Assembly: GCA_030429765.1 (NCBI GenBank)
Contig: JAUIER010000003.1
Coordinates: 16,402 to 80,401, forward strand
Length of the DNA stretch: 64,000 nt
From: a bacterium
GTDB lineage: Bacteria > Omnitrophota > Gorgyraeia > Zapsychrales > Zapsychraceae
Reading direction: 5' to 3'
Below are positions 47,458-57,322 of this stretch, one piece after another. The notes beneath the pieces were generated by a model. That model had not been told where the DNA came from and ran no database searches. It saw only the letters and a program-made list of their open reading frames with translations. The translations under genes and the position numbers were made by a program. The first letter of the stretch is position 1, and each line of letters begins with the position of its first letter.

Positions 47458-47531
47458 CATCGACTTGCGGTGAGCAAGTTTGGGCAGTCAATATATCGTT
47501 ATTGACATATTACGCAAAGGGAGGCGTTACA

Positions 47532-48698
47532 GTGAAAGGTACTTATTTCTTTACATCGGAATCTGTTGGAAAAGGTCATCCTGATAAGGTCAGTGATCAG
47601 GTGTCGGATGCAATTTTGGATGCTTGTTTAACCGGTGATCCAAACAGTCGAGTCGCGTGCGAAACATTTGTATGCCATGGAAAGCTAATTGTCGGAGGGG
47701 AGATCACGACACAATCCAAATTTGATGTGGAAGCGATCTGCCGGGACGTCCTCAATGATATCGGATATATTGACAAAAAATTCGGATTTGATGTGAACAA
47801 TTGCGAGATTCAAAACGCGATTAACACCCAATCACCAGACATTTCTCAGGGAGTTGACACGGGCGGTGCGGGTGATCAGGGAATTATGTTCGGTTACGCG
47901 TGTGATGAAACCGAAGAACTTATGCCGTTGGCAATCATGCTGGCGCACAAACTTGTGGCCCGGGTTGATGAAGTCCGTCGATCCGGTGAACTACCTTACC
48001 TAGGGCCTGACTGTAAGAGCCAGGTGACAATCGAATACAAAGATGGTGAACCTCAAAGAGTCGATGCCGTTGTTTTGGCGTGTCAACATACCGAGGATAT
48101 CGTGGATGAGTCCGGAGCGCGCATCACAGACAAGGCGCGTCAGGAAATTATCGACACGATTGCTAAACCGATTGTCGGTAAACTAGCGGATGAAAACACC
48201 AAATACTTTATCAACGAAACCGGTAAATTCGTCGTTGGTGGACCACAGGGTGACACCGGTTTGACAGGACGAAAGATCGTCGTTGATACATACGGTGGTT
48301 ACGTCGCGCACGGAGGAGGAGCCTTCTCCGGAAAAGACTGTACTAAGGTAGACCGATCAGCCACATATATGACTCGGTACGTGACCAAGAATATCGTTGC
48401 CGCCAAGCTGGCGCGAAAATGTATGGTCCAGTTGAGTTACGCAATCGGATATCCAGAACCGATCAGCATCTATGTAGACACGTACGGCACAGGGAAAGTT
48501 TCGGATGAGCAATTGGTTGAATTGATCCGTAAAAACTTCGACCTGACTCCAAAAGGAATCATCGAACAACTAGACCTTCGCAGTCCGAACTTCCTGAAGA
48601 CAGCTGCTTTCGGGCACTTCGGGCGCGACGGATTCACATGGGAACGCACGGATAAAGCTGCCGCCTTGGAAAAAGATGCGGCTGCGCTGGCGTCCTAA
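47532..48698 (+). CDS. metK: S-adenosylmethionine synthetase
   Basis: [42 protein letters not shown]; GTG 47532 after AGGGAGG. Confidence 0.98.
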   Translation: MKGTYFFTSESVGKGHPDKVSDQVSDAILDACLTGDPNSRVACETFVCHGKLIVGGEITTQSKFDVEAICRDVLNDIGYIDKKFGFDVNNCEIQNAINTQSPDISQGVDTGGAGDQGIMFGYACDETEELMPLAIMLAHKLVARVDEVRRSGELPYLGPDCKSQVTIEYKDGEPQRVDAVVLACQHTEDIVDESGARITDKARQEIIDTIAKPIVGKLADENTKYFINETGKFVVGGPQGDTGLTGRKIVVDTYGGYVAHGGGAFSGKDCTKVDRSATYMTRYVTKNIVAAKLARKCMVQLSYAIGYPEPISIYVDTYGTGKVSDEQLVELIRKNFDLTPKGIIEQLDLRSPNFLKTAAFGHFGRDGFTWERTDKAAALEKDAAALAS

Positions 48699-48711
48699 GG
48701 GAGAGATATTT

Positions 48712-50052
48712 ATGGAAACGATTACAAACAAGAGTGGAGAATCCATGACTAATTCAACACAGGATTACAAGGTTAAAGATATATCGTTAGCCGATTTCGG
48801 GCGCAAAGAGATTCGGATTGCCGAAGCCGAAATGCCCGGACTAATGGCTATTCGAGATGAATACAAGGCCGAGCAGCCGCTGAAAGGCGCGCGCATCGCT
48901 GGTTGTATCCATATGACCATTCAAACAGCTGTTTTGATCGAAGCGCTGGTGGCGCTCGGGGCTGAGGTCAGATGGTCATCATGTAACATTTTTTCAACGC
49001 AGGATCACGCGGCGGCGGCAATTGCGGCGGCCGGCATTCCGGTATTCGCCTGGAAAGGTGAGACCGAAGAAGAATACGTCTGGTGTGTGAAGCAAACGAT
49101 CACATGGCCGGATGGTAAGGGACCAAACATGATCCTGGATGACGGTGGTGATCTGACCCAGATCATGCACGACGAATACCCGGAATTTTTGGCTGATGTC
49201 AAAGGGCTTTCGGAAGAAACGACGACCGGTGTTCACCGACTTTATGAAATGGTTGAAAAAGGGACGTTAAAAGTTCCTGCGATCAATGTCAATGACTCGG
49301 TGACAAAATCAAAGTTCGACAATCTGTATGGTTGCCGTGAGTCGTTACTCGACGGAATCAAGCGTGCCACAGACGTGATGGTCGCCGGGAAAGTATGTGT
49401 GGTGGCCGGATACGGTGATGTAGGTAAAGGGTGTGTCCAGGCGATTAAAGGTCTCGGTGGACGTATCATTGTTACAGAAATCGATCCGATCTGTGCGTTG
49501 CAGGCGGCCATGGAAGGCTATGAAGTCATGAAGATGGATGACGCCGCGAAAATCGGTGACATCTTTGTCACGACCACAGGATGCCGTGATGTCATTACCG
49601 GCAAGCATCTTGATTCCATGAAGAGTGGAGCGATTGTTTGTAACATCGGTCACTTTGATCTGGAAATCGATGTGGCCTACCTGAACAATCGAGGCGACAT
49701 CAAAAAAGATGAGATCAAGGCGCAGGTTCACGAGTATACGTATCCCGATGACAAAAAGATCATCGTTCTGGCTGAAGGTCGATTGGTCAACCTTGGATGC
49801 GCGACAGGACATCCGTCGTTTGTCATGAGTAATTCGTTCACCAATCAGGTCATGGCTCAGATTGAATTGTACAAAAATTCAGCGAACTATGAAAATCGCG
49901 TCTATGTGCTGCCCAAGCTTCTCGACGAGAAAGTGGCCCGGCTGCATTTGGCCCAGATCGGTGTGACGTTGGATACATTGACGGCTGAGCAGGCCAAGTA
50001 CCTTAACATCAAGGCCGAAGGCCCGTACAAACCTGAGCATTACCGATACTAA
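48712..50052 (+). CDS. ahcY: Adenosylhomocysteinase
   Basis: [52 protein letters not shown]; start 48712 or 48745. Confidence 0.98.
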   Translation: METITNKSGESMTNSTQDYKVKDISLADFGRKEIRIAEAEMPGLMAIRDEYKAEQPLKGARIAGCIHMTIQTAVLIEALVALGAEVRWSSCNIFSTQDHAAAAIAAAGIPVFAWKGETEEEYVWCVKQTITWPDGKGPNMILDDGGDLTQIMHDEYPEFLADVKGLSEETTTGVHRLYEMVEKGTLKVPAINVNDSVTKSKFDNLYGCRESLLDGIKRATDVMVAGKVCVVAGYGDVGKGCVQAIKGLGGRIIVTEIDPICALQAAMEGYEVMKMDDAAKIGDIFVTTTGCRDVITGKHLDSMKSGAIVCNIGHFDLEIDVAYLNNRGDIKKDEIKAQVHEYTYPDDKKIIVLAEGRLVNLGCATGHPSFVMSNSFTNQVMAQIELYKNSANYENRVYVLPKLLDEKVARLHLAQIGVTLDTLTAEQAKYLNIKAEGPYKPEHYRY

Positions 50053-50058
50053 TCGTTC

Positions 50059-51042
50059 ATGAGTGTTTTTAACGATAAAAAAATCGAAAAAATCGGCATC
50101 CTAACTTCTGGTGGTGATGGGCCGGGAATGAATGCCGCCGTTCGGGCGGTCGTTCGCTGTTCATTAAACCAGGGGTTAGCTGTCGATGGAATTATGCGCG
50201 GGTATGCCGGTCTGCTTAAGGAAGAGATTATTCCTTTGGGGCATCGATCGGTATCCAATATCATCAATCGTGGCGGAACAATTCTCAAGACCGCGAGATC
50301 CAAAGAATTCGGAACACCGGAAGGCAAGAAGAAGGCCGTCCAAATCCTGAAGCAGCACAAGATTGATTGTCTGATCGTCATCGGCGGAGATGGAAGTTAC
50401 CGCGGGGCGACCGAGCTCTTTGAGGTACATGGATTCCCCACAATCGGTTTGCCGGGCACAATCGACAATGATCTGTACGGGACGGACCAAACGATCGGTT
50501 GTCACACAGCTGTGAACACGGCCTTAGAGGCGATCGACAAGATTCGTGACACAGCGCACAGTATGGAGCGTGTCTTTATCATCGAAGTGATGGGGAATAA
50601 ATCCGGATACATCGCCGCCGAGGTGGCCCTGGGTGCGGGAGCCGAAGAGGTTATCGTTCCGGAACGCAAATTTGATTTTGAAGCCATGTGTCGACACATC
50701 CGTAAAGGAAATGATCGGGGCAAGATCAGCTGGATGGTAGTCGTGGCGGAAGGCGCCGGCAAGGCCCATGAGATTGCCAGTACGGTCACGACCATGACGG
50801 GCTTAGAAACACGATTTGTTGTGCTGGGACATGTTCAGCGCGGTGGTGTCCCCAGCGGGCGCGATCGAATCCTGGCTACGCGGCTTGGCGCGGCAGCGGT
50901 AAATTTGGTGATTCGGGGAGAATTCGGTAAGGCGGTTGGGATTCTCCAGGATGAAATAAACATCATTGATTTGAAAAATGCGACTCATAAAGAGTTCAAA
51001 CATCTGGATGAATTCCGGAATCTGGTCAAGATCTTGACATAG
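50059..51042 (+). CDS. pfkA: ATP-dependent 6-phosphofructokinase
   Basis: TSGGDGPGMN, GGDGS, PGTIDND, EVMG, LGHVQRGG. Confidence 0.96.
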   Translation: MSVFNDKKIEKIGILTSGGDGPGMNAAVRAVVRCSLNQGLAVDGIMRGYAGLLKEEIIPLGHRSVSNIINRGGTILKTARSKEFGTPEGKKKAVQILKQHKIDCLIVIGGDGSYRGATELFEVHGFPTIGLPGTIDNDLYGTDQTIGCHTAVNTALEAIDKIRDTAHSMERVFIIEVMGNKSGYIAAEVALGAGAEEVIVPERKFDFEAMCRHIRKGNDRGKISWMVVVAEGAGKAHEIASTVTTMTGLETRFVVLGHVQRGGVPSGRDRILATRLGAAAVNLVIRGEFGKAVGILQDEINIIDLKNATHKEFKHLDEFRNLVKILT

Positions 51043-51080
51043 CCGGTTCATCTGAGTTAAACACGAGAGAGGTTTTTTAA

Positions 51081-52073
51081 ATGGCAAAAATTTATTATGA
51101 CAAAGACGCGGACTTAAAAGTTTATAAGAATCGGACGATTGCGATTGTCGGATATGGAATTCAGGGCCGGGGACAGGCCTTGAGTCTACGGGACAGCGGG
51201 CTGGACGTGGTCGTCGCCCAACGCAAGGGCGGTAAGAACTATGATCAGGCCAAGAAAGATAAATTCAAGCCTATCGATGCCGAAGAAGCGGCCAAGATCG
51301 CGGATGTGATCATGGTCCTGACGCAGGATCACCTACAAGGTGACATCTACAAAGATTCACTTAAAAAACACATGAAGAAAGGCAAATCATTGGCCTTTTC
51401 ACACGGTTTTAATATTCATTTTGGTCAGATCAAGCCGTCCAAAGATATCGACGTATGGATGATCGCCCCGAAAGGGCCGGGAGCATTGGTTCGACGACAA
51501 TTTGAAGAAGGTAAAGGCGTTCCGTGTCTTGTGGCGGTACATCAGGACGCGTCGAAAAAAGCGCTCAAAGATGCATTGGCCTATGCCAAAGGTATCGGTG
51601 GCGGTCGAGCCGGAATCTTTCGGACAACATTTAAAGAAGAGACAGAGACGGATCTATTCGGTGAGCAAGCAGTTCTTTGCGGTGGGGCCAGTGAGTTGAT
51701 CAAGACAGGTTTCGAGACATTGGTTGAAGCTGGATACGCGCCGGAAATGGCCTACTTTGAGTGTCTTCATGAAATGAAGCTGATCATCGATCTGATTTAT
51801 GAGGAGGGTATTGTCGGAATGCGCGAACGCGTGTCGGACACCGCCGAGTACGGCGACTATTCGCGTGGACCTCGCGTGGTTAACCAGCGAACCAAGAAAG
51901 AAATGCAGAAGATCCTCAAGGAGATTCAGTCAGGTAAGTTCGCGCGCGAGTGGATGAAGGAAAACCGTGAAGGTCGTCGACGTTTCGAAGATTACCGACG
52001 GGATGCGAAGAAGCATAAGATTGAAAAAGTAGGTGTCAAACTTCGTGACATGATGTCTTGGATGCAGAAGTAA
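51081..52073 (+). CDS. ilvC: Ketol-acid reductoisomerase
   Basis: GYGIQG, HGFNIH, APKGPG, ETETDLFGEQAVLCGG, AYFECLHE. Confidence 0.98.
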   Translation: MAKIYYDKDADLKVYKNRTIAIVGYGIQGRGQALSLRDSGLDVVVAQRKGGKNYDQAKKDKFKPIDAEEAAKIADVIMVLTQDHLQGDIYKDSLKKHMKKGKSLAFSHGFNIHFGQIKPSKDIDVWMIAPKGPGALVRRQFEEGKGVPCLVAVHQDASKKALKDALAYAKGIGGGRAGIFRTTFKEETETDLFGEQAVLCGGASELIKTGFETLVEAGYAPEMAYFECLHEMKLIIDLIYEEGIVGMRERVSDTAEYGDYSRGPRVVNQRTKKEMQKILKEIQSGKFAREWMKENREGRRRFEDYRRDAKKHKIEKVGVKLRDMMSWMQK

Positions 52074-52100
52074 GTTAGTCTCATTCAGGATTTAGCAATT

Positions 52101-52136
52101 TAAAGGGCGAGGTGAAGCAACCTCGCCCTTTAGTTA
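52101..52136 (+). terminator. Probable intrinsic terminator after ilvC
   Basis: TAAAGGGCGAGGT-GAAGCA-ACCTCGCCCTTTA 13-bp stem with T-rich 3' end. Confidence 0.7.
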
Positions 52137-52188
52137 TATATAAGCTAGTAATATCAACACAGGAAATTTAAACAATTGAGGATGACCA

Positions 52189-53730
52189 ATGGCAAATAAT
52201 GATCGCGTATTTATATTTGATACGACCTTAAGAGACGGGGAGCAGGCTCCAGGCGCAAGTATGAATCAGAAGGAAAAGCTGGATATCGCCTTTGCCCTGG
52301 AACGCCTCGGTGTTGATATTATTGAGGCTGGATTTCCGGTAATCTCTAAAGGTGACTTTGATTCAGTACGGCTTGTCGCCGAGAATATCAAGGAATCGAC
52401 GATCTGCGGATTGGCACGCTCAATCAAAAAGGATATAGATGCAGCCGCCGAGGCCCTTCAATCGGCCAAGCAAAAGCGGATCCATGTATTTCTGGCCACA
52501 TCCAAGATTCATATGGAGCACAAGTTCAAGAAATCTCAGGAACAGATCCTGCAAATGGCCGTCGATGCCGTCAAATATGCCAAGAGCAAGGTCGATGACG
52601 TCGAGTTTTCTCCGGAGGATGCATCACGTTCTGATCGTGATTTTATCTTCAAGGTTCTTGAGGAAGTGATCAAGGTTGGCGCGACAACGGTCAATATTCC
52701 TGACACCGTCGGTTACGCGATGCCGGCCGAGTACGGCGGTTTGATTGAAGCCATACGCAATAATGTTCCGAACATCGATAAGGCCGTGATCTCGACACAC
52801 TGTCATGATGACCTGGGTGTCGCCGTCGCCAATTCATTGGCCGCCGTCACACGCGGCGCGCGTCAGGTTGAGTGCACCATCAATGGTATCGGTGAGCGCG
52901 CGGGTAATGCGTCCATGGAAGAAGTGGTGATGGCGATTAATACCCGCAGTGATTTCTACGGACTGAAAACGGGGATCAAGACACGTGAATTTTTACGGAC
53001 GTCCCATCTTGTCAGTAAATACACCGGCTTTACGGTTCCGCCTAACAAGGCTATTGTGGGCAGCAACGCCTTTCGTCACGAGTCCGGGATTCATCAGGAC
53101 GGCATCTTGAAGGAACGTTCCACGTACGAAATTATGCAGCCGGAAGATGTGGGTTACGTCGGGACCGGACTTGTGCTTGGTAAACACTCGGGACGTCACG
53201 CGTTCAAAGATCGGCTTCGGGAACTAGGCATTGTCTTGAGCGACGAGGATTTAGACAAGGCCTTCGGGCGATTCAAGAATGTGGCTGACAAAAAGAAACA
53301 GGTCTTTGATGAAGATCTTATCGCCATTGTTGACGATGAAGTGCATACCTTTCAGGAAACATGGCATCTTGACAGTATAACGTTGCAAAGCGGAACCAAT
53401 ATTCCATCAAAAGTGTCTGTGACATTAAAATCTGACGGGCAGACCCACCAGAAAGAAGTGGTCGGCGAGGGGCCGGTGGATACGTGTTACAAGGCCATCG
53501 ACGCATTGACGAATGTTAAAGGTGAGTTGATGGATTACTCTATCCGTTCAGTGTCGCGGGGGAAAGACGCGTTGGGTGAGGTGTCGGTCAAGGTCAAGTT
53601 TAAGGGCAAGGGACAAACCATCATCGCCCACGGAACCAGTACGGATATCCTTGAGGCGTCAGCCAAGGCCTACGTGAACGCGCTGAATAAATTGTTGTCG
53701 CAAGAAGCCAACCGAAAGAAAAATTCGTAA
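52189..53730 (+). CDS. leuA: 2-isopropylmalate synthase
   Basis: FDTTLRDGEQ, PDTVG, HCHDDLG, NGIGERAGN, HESGIHQDG, C-terminal regulatory domain. Confidence 0.97.
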   Translation: MANNDRVFIFDTTLRDGEQAPGASMNQKEKLDIAFALERLGVDIIEAGFPVISKGDFDSVRLVAENIKESTICGLARSIKKDIDAAAEALQSAKQKRIHVFLATSKIHMEHKFKKSQEQILQMAVDAVKYAKSKVDDVEFSPEDASRSDRDFIFKVLEEVIKVGATTVNIPDTVGYAMPAEYGGLIEAIRNNVPNIDKAVISTHCHDDLGVAVANSLAAVTRGARQVECTINGIGERAGNASMEEVVMAINTRSDFYGLKTGIKTREFLRTSHLVSKYTGFTVPPNKAIVGSNAFRHESGIHQDGILKERSTYEIMQPEDVGYVGTGLVLGKHSGRHAFKDRLRELGIVLSDEDLDKAFGRFKNVADKKKQVFDEDLIAIVDDEVHTFQETWHLDSITLQSGTNIPSKVSVTLKSDGQTHQKEVVGEGPVDTCYKAIDALTNVKGELMDYSIRSVSRGKDALGEVSVKVKFKGKGQTIIAHGTSTDILEASAKAYVNALNKLLSQEANRKKNS

Positions 53731-54602
53731 TGCAAGACGCTTCCAAAGCTATTTATGGAATAATCGGAAATCCGGTCAAGCACAGTCTGTCTCCGATTAT
53801 GCACAACACCGCGTTTAAGGAATTAGATGTAAACGCGGAGTACCGGTTGTTTCCGTTGGAAGAATTTGAACTGGTTGATTTTTTCAAGGAACTTAAATCC
53901 GATCAGTGCCCGATCTTTGGTTTGAACGTGACGGTTCCCTACAAAGAGAAGGTCATGGGTTATATGGACAGTTTTTCTCCATTGGCCCAGAAGCTCGGGG
54001 CTGTCAATACGATCATGATCAATAAAGAACGTAAATTGATCGGATATAATACCGACGCGCCCGGGTTTATTTCGCATCTCACCGAGCTTAATTTTAATCC
54101 GGAAGGCAAGCGGATTGCGATTTTGGGATCAGGTGGGTCTTGCCGGGCGATCCTCGGAACATTATGCATGCTGCCCGAACGGCCGGAGTCGATTCGAATT
54201 TACAACCGGACCACATCCCGCTTGAACGATCTGATCAAGGATTTGGGTGAGCGTATCGATCTGAGTATCGTTGAGATGGTGTACAGCGTCGACGATCTGA
54301 ATATCGAGCTGGCCGACCTGCTGATCAATACAACATCCGTCGGCCTCAAACCCGAGGACCCGATATTAGTTGAAGAAGATATGTTACACGCGTCACTTTT
54401 GGTGTATGATTTAATCTACCGGCCCAAGGCCACCGAGTTGTTGCGGATGGCGCAGGATCGGGGGGCGCAGACGGCGAACGGACTCAATATGCTGTTTTAT
54501 CAAGGCGTGTTGTCGTTCCAGCGCTGGGCAAATATGGAATTGCCCGAAGAGATTAAAACAAAGATGTTGAATGCCATTGAAAGGGCACTCGATAGTGACT
54601 GA
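53730..54602 (+). CDS. aroE: Shikimate dehydrogenase
   Basis: HSLSPIMHN, NVTVPYK, GAVNT, GYNTD, GSGG, DLIY. Confidence 0.95.
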   Translation: MQDASKAIYGIIGNPVKHSLSPIMHNTAFKELDVNAEYRLFPLEEFELVDFFKELKSDQCPIFGLNVTVPYKEKVMGYMDSFSPLAQKLGAVNTIMINKERKLIGYNTDAPGFISHLTELNFNPEGKRIAILGSGGSCRAILGTLCMLPERPESIRIYNRTTSRLNDLIKDLGERIDLSIVEMVYSVDDLNIELADLLINTTSVGLKPEDPILVEEDMLHASLLVYDLIYRPKATELLRMAQDRGAQTANGLNMLFYQGVLSFQRWANMELPEEIKTKMLNAIERALDSD

Positions 54603-55632
54603 AGTTCACATTTTGTCGTTCGTATTTTTTATTTTCGGAATCTGTTTCGGCAGCTTTCTCAATGTCTGTATCGTGCGTTGGCCACATGAGCGCTCGGTGG
54701 TCAAACCCCGGTCAAGCTGTGTGGCGTGTAAAACACCCATCGCCTGGTACGACAATATTCCCTTGGTCAGCTATGTGCTGTTGGGCGGTAAGTGCCGGCA
54801 CTGTCAGGCCAAATTTTCCTTCCTGTACTTTTTCATTGAATTATTGACCGGTATCACGTTTGTCCTGTTTTATTTGTATTACGGGCTGGATATTGTCCTG
54901 GTTCCGTATCTGTTTATGGTCTGCTGTTTTATTATCGCTACATTTGTTGACTTTGGACATCGAATCATTCCGGACGAAGTCAGTCTCGGAGGGTTGGCCT
55001 TTGGTGTGGGTTTCAGTCTGTTGATTCCGCAGTTGCACACAATGGATGACGCCACCTTGGCGATGGGACGGATCTTTATGCGAATCCTGATCGGAGCGAT
55101 AATTGTGATTCATGCCCTGGATTATGCCTGGCACAAGTTCCGCGAATCACGCGGTATGGATGTCGGCGAAGAAGAGGAAGGGTTTGATCTGTGGACGGCG
55201 GTCGTGGTCTTCAGCGCGCTGGGATTTGACCTGCTAATCGACTATGGTCGAGGTTTTTTGGAGGCGTCGGCCTTAAGCGCGTGGTTGCCGAATCTATTGA
55301 GCCTGGATGCGGCGGTGATCGGCTTTATGGTCGGCGGCGGATCGATCTACGCGATGGGACTGCTGGGTGATTTCCTTTTTCGCAAAGAGTCAATGGGCGG
55401 CGGTGATGTGAAGCTATTGGCGATGGCCGGCGCGTTCCTGGGCTGGAAGGCCTCGATCCTGGCCTTTTTCATCGCTCCATTTTTCGGCGCTGTGTTCGGA
55501 GTGGTCGAGAAGATCCGCACCAAAGACACCACCATTGCCTACGGCCCCTTTTTGGTCGCCGGATGCCTGATCGCATTGTTCTGGCAAAATCAGATCATTG
55601 AGTATATAATGGGATTATACGGTTTCCGGTAA
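54595..55632 (+). CDS. pilD: Type IV prepilin peptidase (A24A)
   Basis: GSFLNVCIVR, RSSCVAC...DNIPLVSY...GKCRHC, FVDFGHRIIPD, MGGGDVKL, YGPFL; GTG 54595. Confidence 0.93.
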   Translation: MTEVHILSFVFFIFGICFGSFLNVCIVRWPHERSVVKPRSSCVACKTPIAWYDNIPLVSYVLLGGKCRHCQAKFSFLYFFIELLTGITFVLFYLYYGLDIVLVPYLFMVCCFIIATFVDFGHRIIPDEVSLGGLAFGVGFSLLIPQLHTMDDATLAMGRIFMRILIGAIIVIHALDYAWHKFRESRGMDVGEEEEGFDLWTAVVVFSALGFDLLIDYGRGFLEASALSAWLPNLLSLDAAVIGFMVGGGSIYAMGLLGDFLFRKESMGGGDVKLLAMAGAFLGWKASILAFFIAPFFGAVFGVVEKIRTKDTTIAYGPFLVAGCLIALFWQNQIIEYIMGLYGFR

Positions 55633-55694
55633 ACCCATTCCCCTTTAGTCATTCCCCTTTTCATAAATACCTAAATTACAAGCACTTGTCAAAA

Positions 55695-55723
55695 TTGACA
55701 GCCAAATTGGCATATGTTAGAAT
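55695..55723 (+). promoter_or_regulatory. Near-consensus sigma70 promoter (leaderless aroK transcript)
   Basis: TTGACA(55695)-17 bp-TAGAAT(55718) with TGn extension; ATG at 55729. Confidence 0.8.
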
Positions 55724-55728
55724 CCAGC

Positions 55729-56244
55729 ATGTCTACCAACAAAAATATTGTGATGATCGGTTTCATGGCTAGCGGTAAATCCTTGATTTCAAGGAGTTTA
55801 GCAAAGAAAATGAACCGAAATGTGGTGTCGACCGACCAGCTGATCGAGCAGCGTGAGGGATGTTCAATTAAAGAAATTTTCGCGCAACAGGGTGAGGCCT
55901 ATTTTCGTCGCGTCGAAGCGGATGTAGTGGCCGAACTGGCTCAGCGCGAGGGGATCATCATCGATTGCGGCGGAGGTGTGATACTGAACCCGGACAATGT
56001 GGCCCATCTGAAACACAATGGGGTTTTGGTTCATTTGAATATCGACCCCCACATCGTGGCTGATCGGGTCAAGGCCTCCGATAAACGGCCGCTGTTGAAT
56101 GTGGACGATGTCCTGGAAACGGTCGTGCGGATGATGGACGAACGTGCGCCGTATTACGCGCAGGCCGATATTTCGGTCGATGTGTCAGGGTTGGAACCTG
56201 ATGAAGCGGCCGATCAAATACAGGAGCGCATGCAAAATGTCTGA
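55729..56244 (+). CDS. aroK: Shikimate kinase
   Basis: GFMASGKS, GEAYFRRVE, GGGV, RPLL. Confidence 0.95.
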   Translation: MSTNKNIVMIGFMASGKSLISRSLAKKMNRNVVSTDQLIEQREGCSIKEIFAQQGEAYFRRVEADVVAELAQREGIIIDCGGGVILNPDNVAHLKHNGVLVHLNIDPHIVADRVKASDKRPLLNVDDVLETVVRMMDERAPYYAQADISVDVSGLEPDEAADQIQERMQNV

Positions 56245-57322
56245 GACGGAAGCGTTAATGATCTTGAACGCGATCGATGGTCTATCGAATCGGCGTGTTC
56301 ACCAGCTTATCCAGACGTATGGAAGCGGATTGGACATCCTTAAACTAAACGCGAATGACTGGCGGGAGATCAAGGGCATCAAGGAACAGACAATTTCGCG
56401 GATTATGGACTTTCCGCGCGACAAATTTCTCAGAAATGAATATGAATTTGCGGGCAATAATACTAGAATAATCAAATATACTGACGACGAGTACAGTCCG
56501 TATCTGCGGCAAATCGCCGATGCGCCGGTCGTGCTTTATGTTCAGGGTCAGTTGCCCGAGCATCACCGGTCACATCTGGCCATCGTGGGTTCACGGCGGG
56601 CGTCGTTATACGGGTTGAGCATCGCGGAAAAGTTTGCCATGCGTTTGTCAGAGCGCGGTATATGTGTTGTCTCCGGATTGGCGCGGGGGATTGATACCGC
56701 GGCGCATCGGGGTTCCGTGCGGGCCTGCGGTCCCTCAGTGGGTGTGTTGGGCTGCGGGTTAAGTGTCCAGTATCCCCGGGAAAATCAGGATTTACGCGAG
56801 CGGATGCTGGAATTCGGAGCGGTGGTTTCGGAATTTCCCATGCAAACACAGCCGTTGCCCTACAATTTTCCCCGTCGGAACCGGATTGTAAGTGGTTTAT
56901 CTTTAGGGGTGATTGTCGTGGAGGCCGCTTTAAAAAGCGGCGCGCTGATCACGGCAGATTTCGCTCTTGAGCAGGGACGCGAAGTTTACGCGGTGCCCGG
57001 TCCCGTTGATTCACCCAATTCCCGGGGCGTCCACGCGTTGGTCCGACAGGGAGCGCAGTTAGTGACATCGATCGACGAGATCCTTGAGGAATATGAAGAT
57101 CGTATGTGCGAGGCCGAACAACAATCATCGCCCGCGGCGGATCGGCCTCATTTGTCAGAAGACGAGAATCATCTGTATCAGTTTGTAACGGATAAACCGA
57201 TTCACATCGATGAACTGGTTTCATTGTCACAAACAGACATCTCCACAGCAACAACATTGCTATTTCAAATGGAATTGAAAAATCATATCAAACAGCTACC
57301 CGGAAAGAGGTTTAAACGTTAA
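56237..57322 (+). CDS. dprA: DNA-processing protein DprA
   Basis: AIVGSR, SGLARGIDTAAH, FPRRNRIVSGLS, SGALITA, AVPG; ATG 56237. Confidence 0.96.
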   Translation: MSETEALMILNAIDGLSNRRVHQLIQTYGSGLDILKLNANDWREIKGIKEQTISRIMDFPRDKFLRNEYEFAGNNTRIIKYTDDEYSPYLRQIADAPVVLYVQGQLPEHHRSHLAIVGSRRASLYGLSIAEKFAMRLSERGICVVSGLARGIDTAAHRGSVRACGPSVGVLGCGLSVQYPRENQDLRERMLEFGAVVSEFPMQTQPLPYNFPRRNRIVSGLSLGVIVVEAALKSGALITADFALEQGREVYAVPGPVDSPNSRGVHALVRQGAQLVTSIDEILEEYEDRMCEAEQQSSPAADRPHLSEDENHLYQFVTDKPIHIDELVSLSQTDISTATTLLFQMELKNHIKQLPGKRFKR

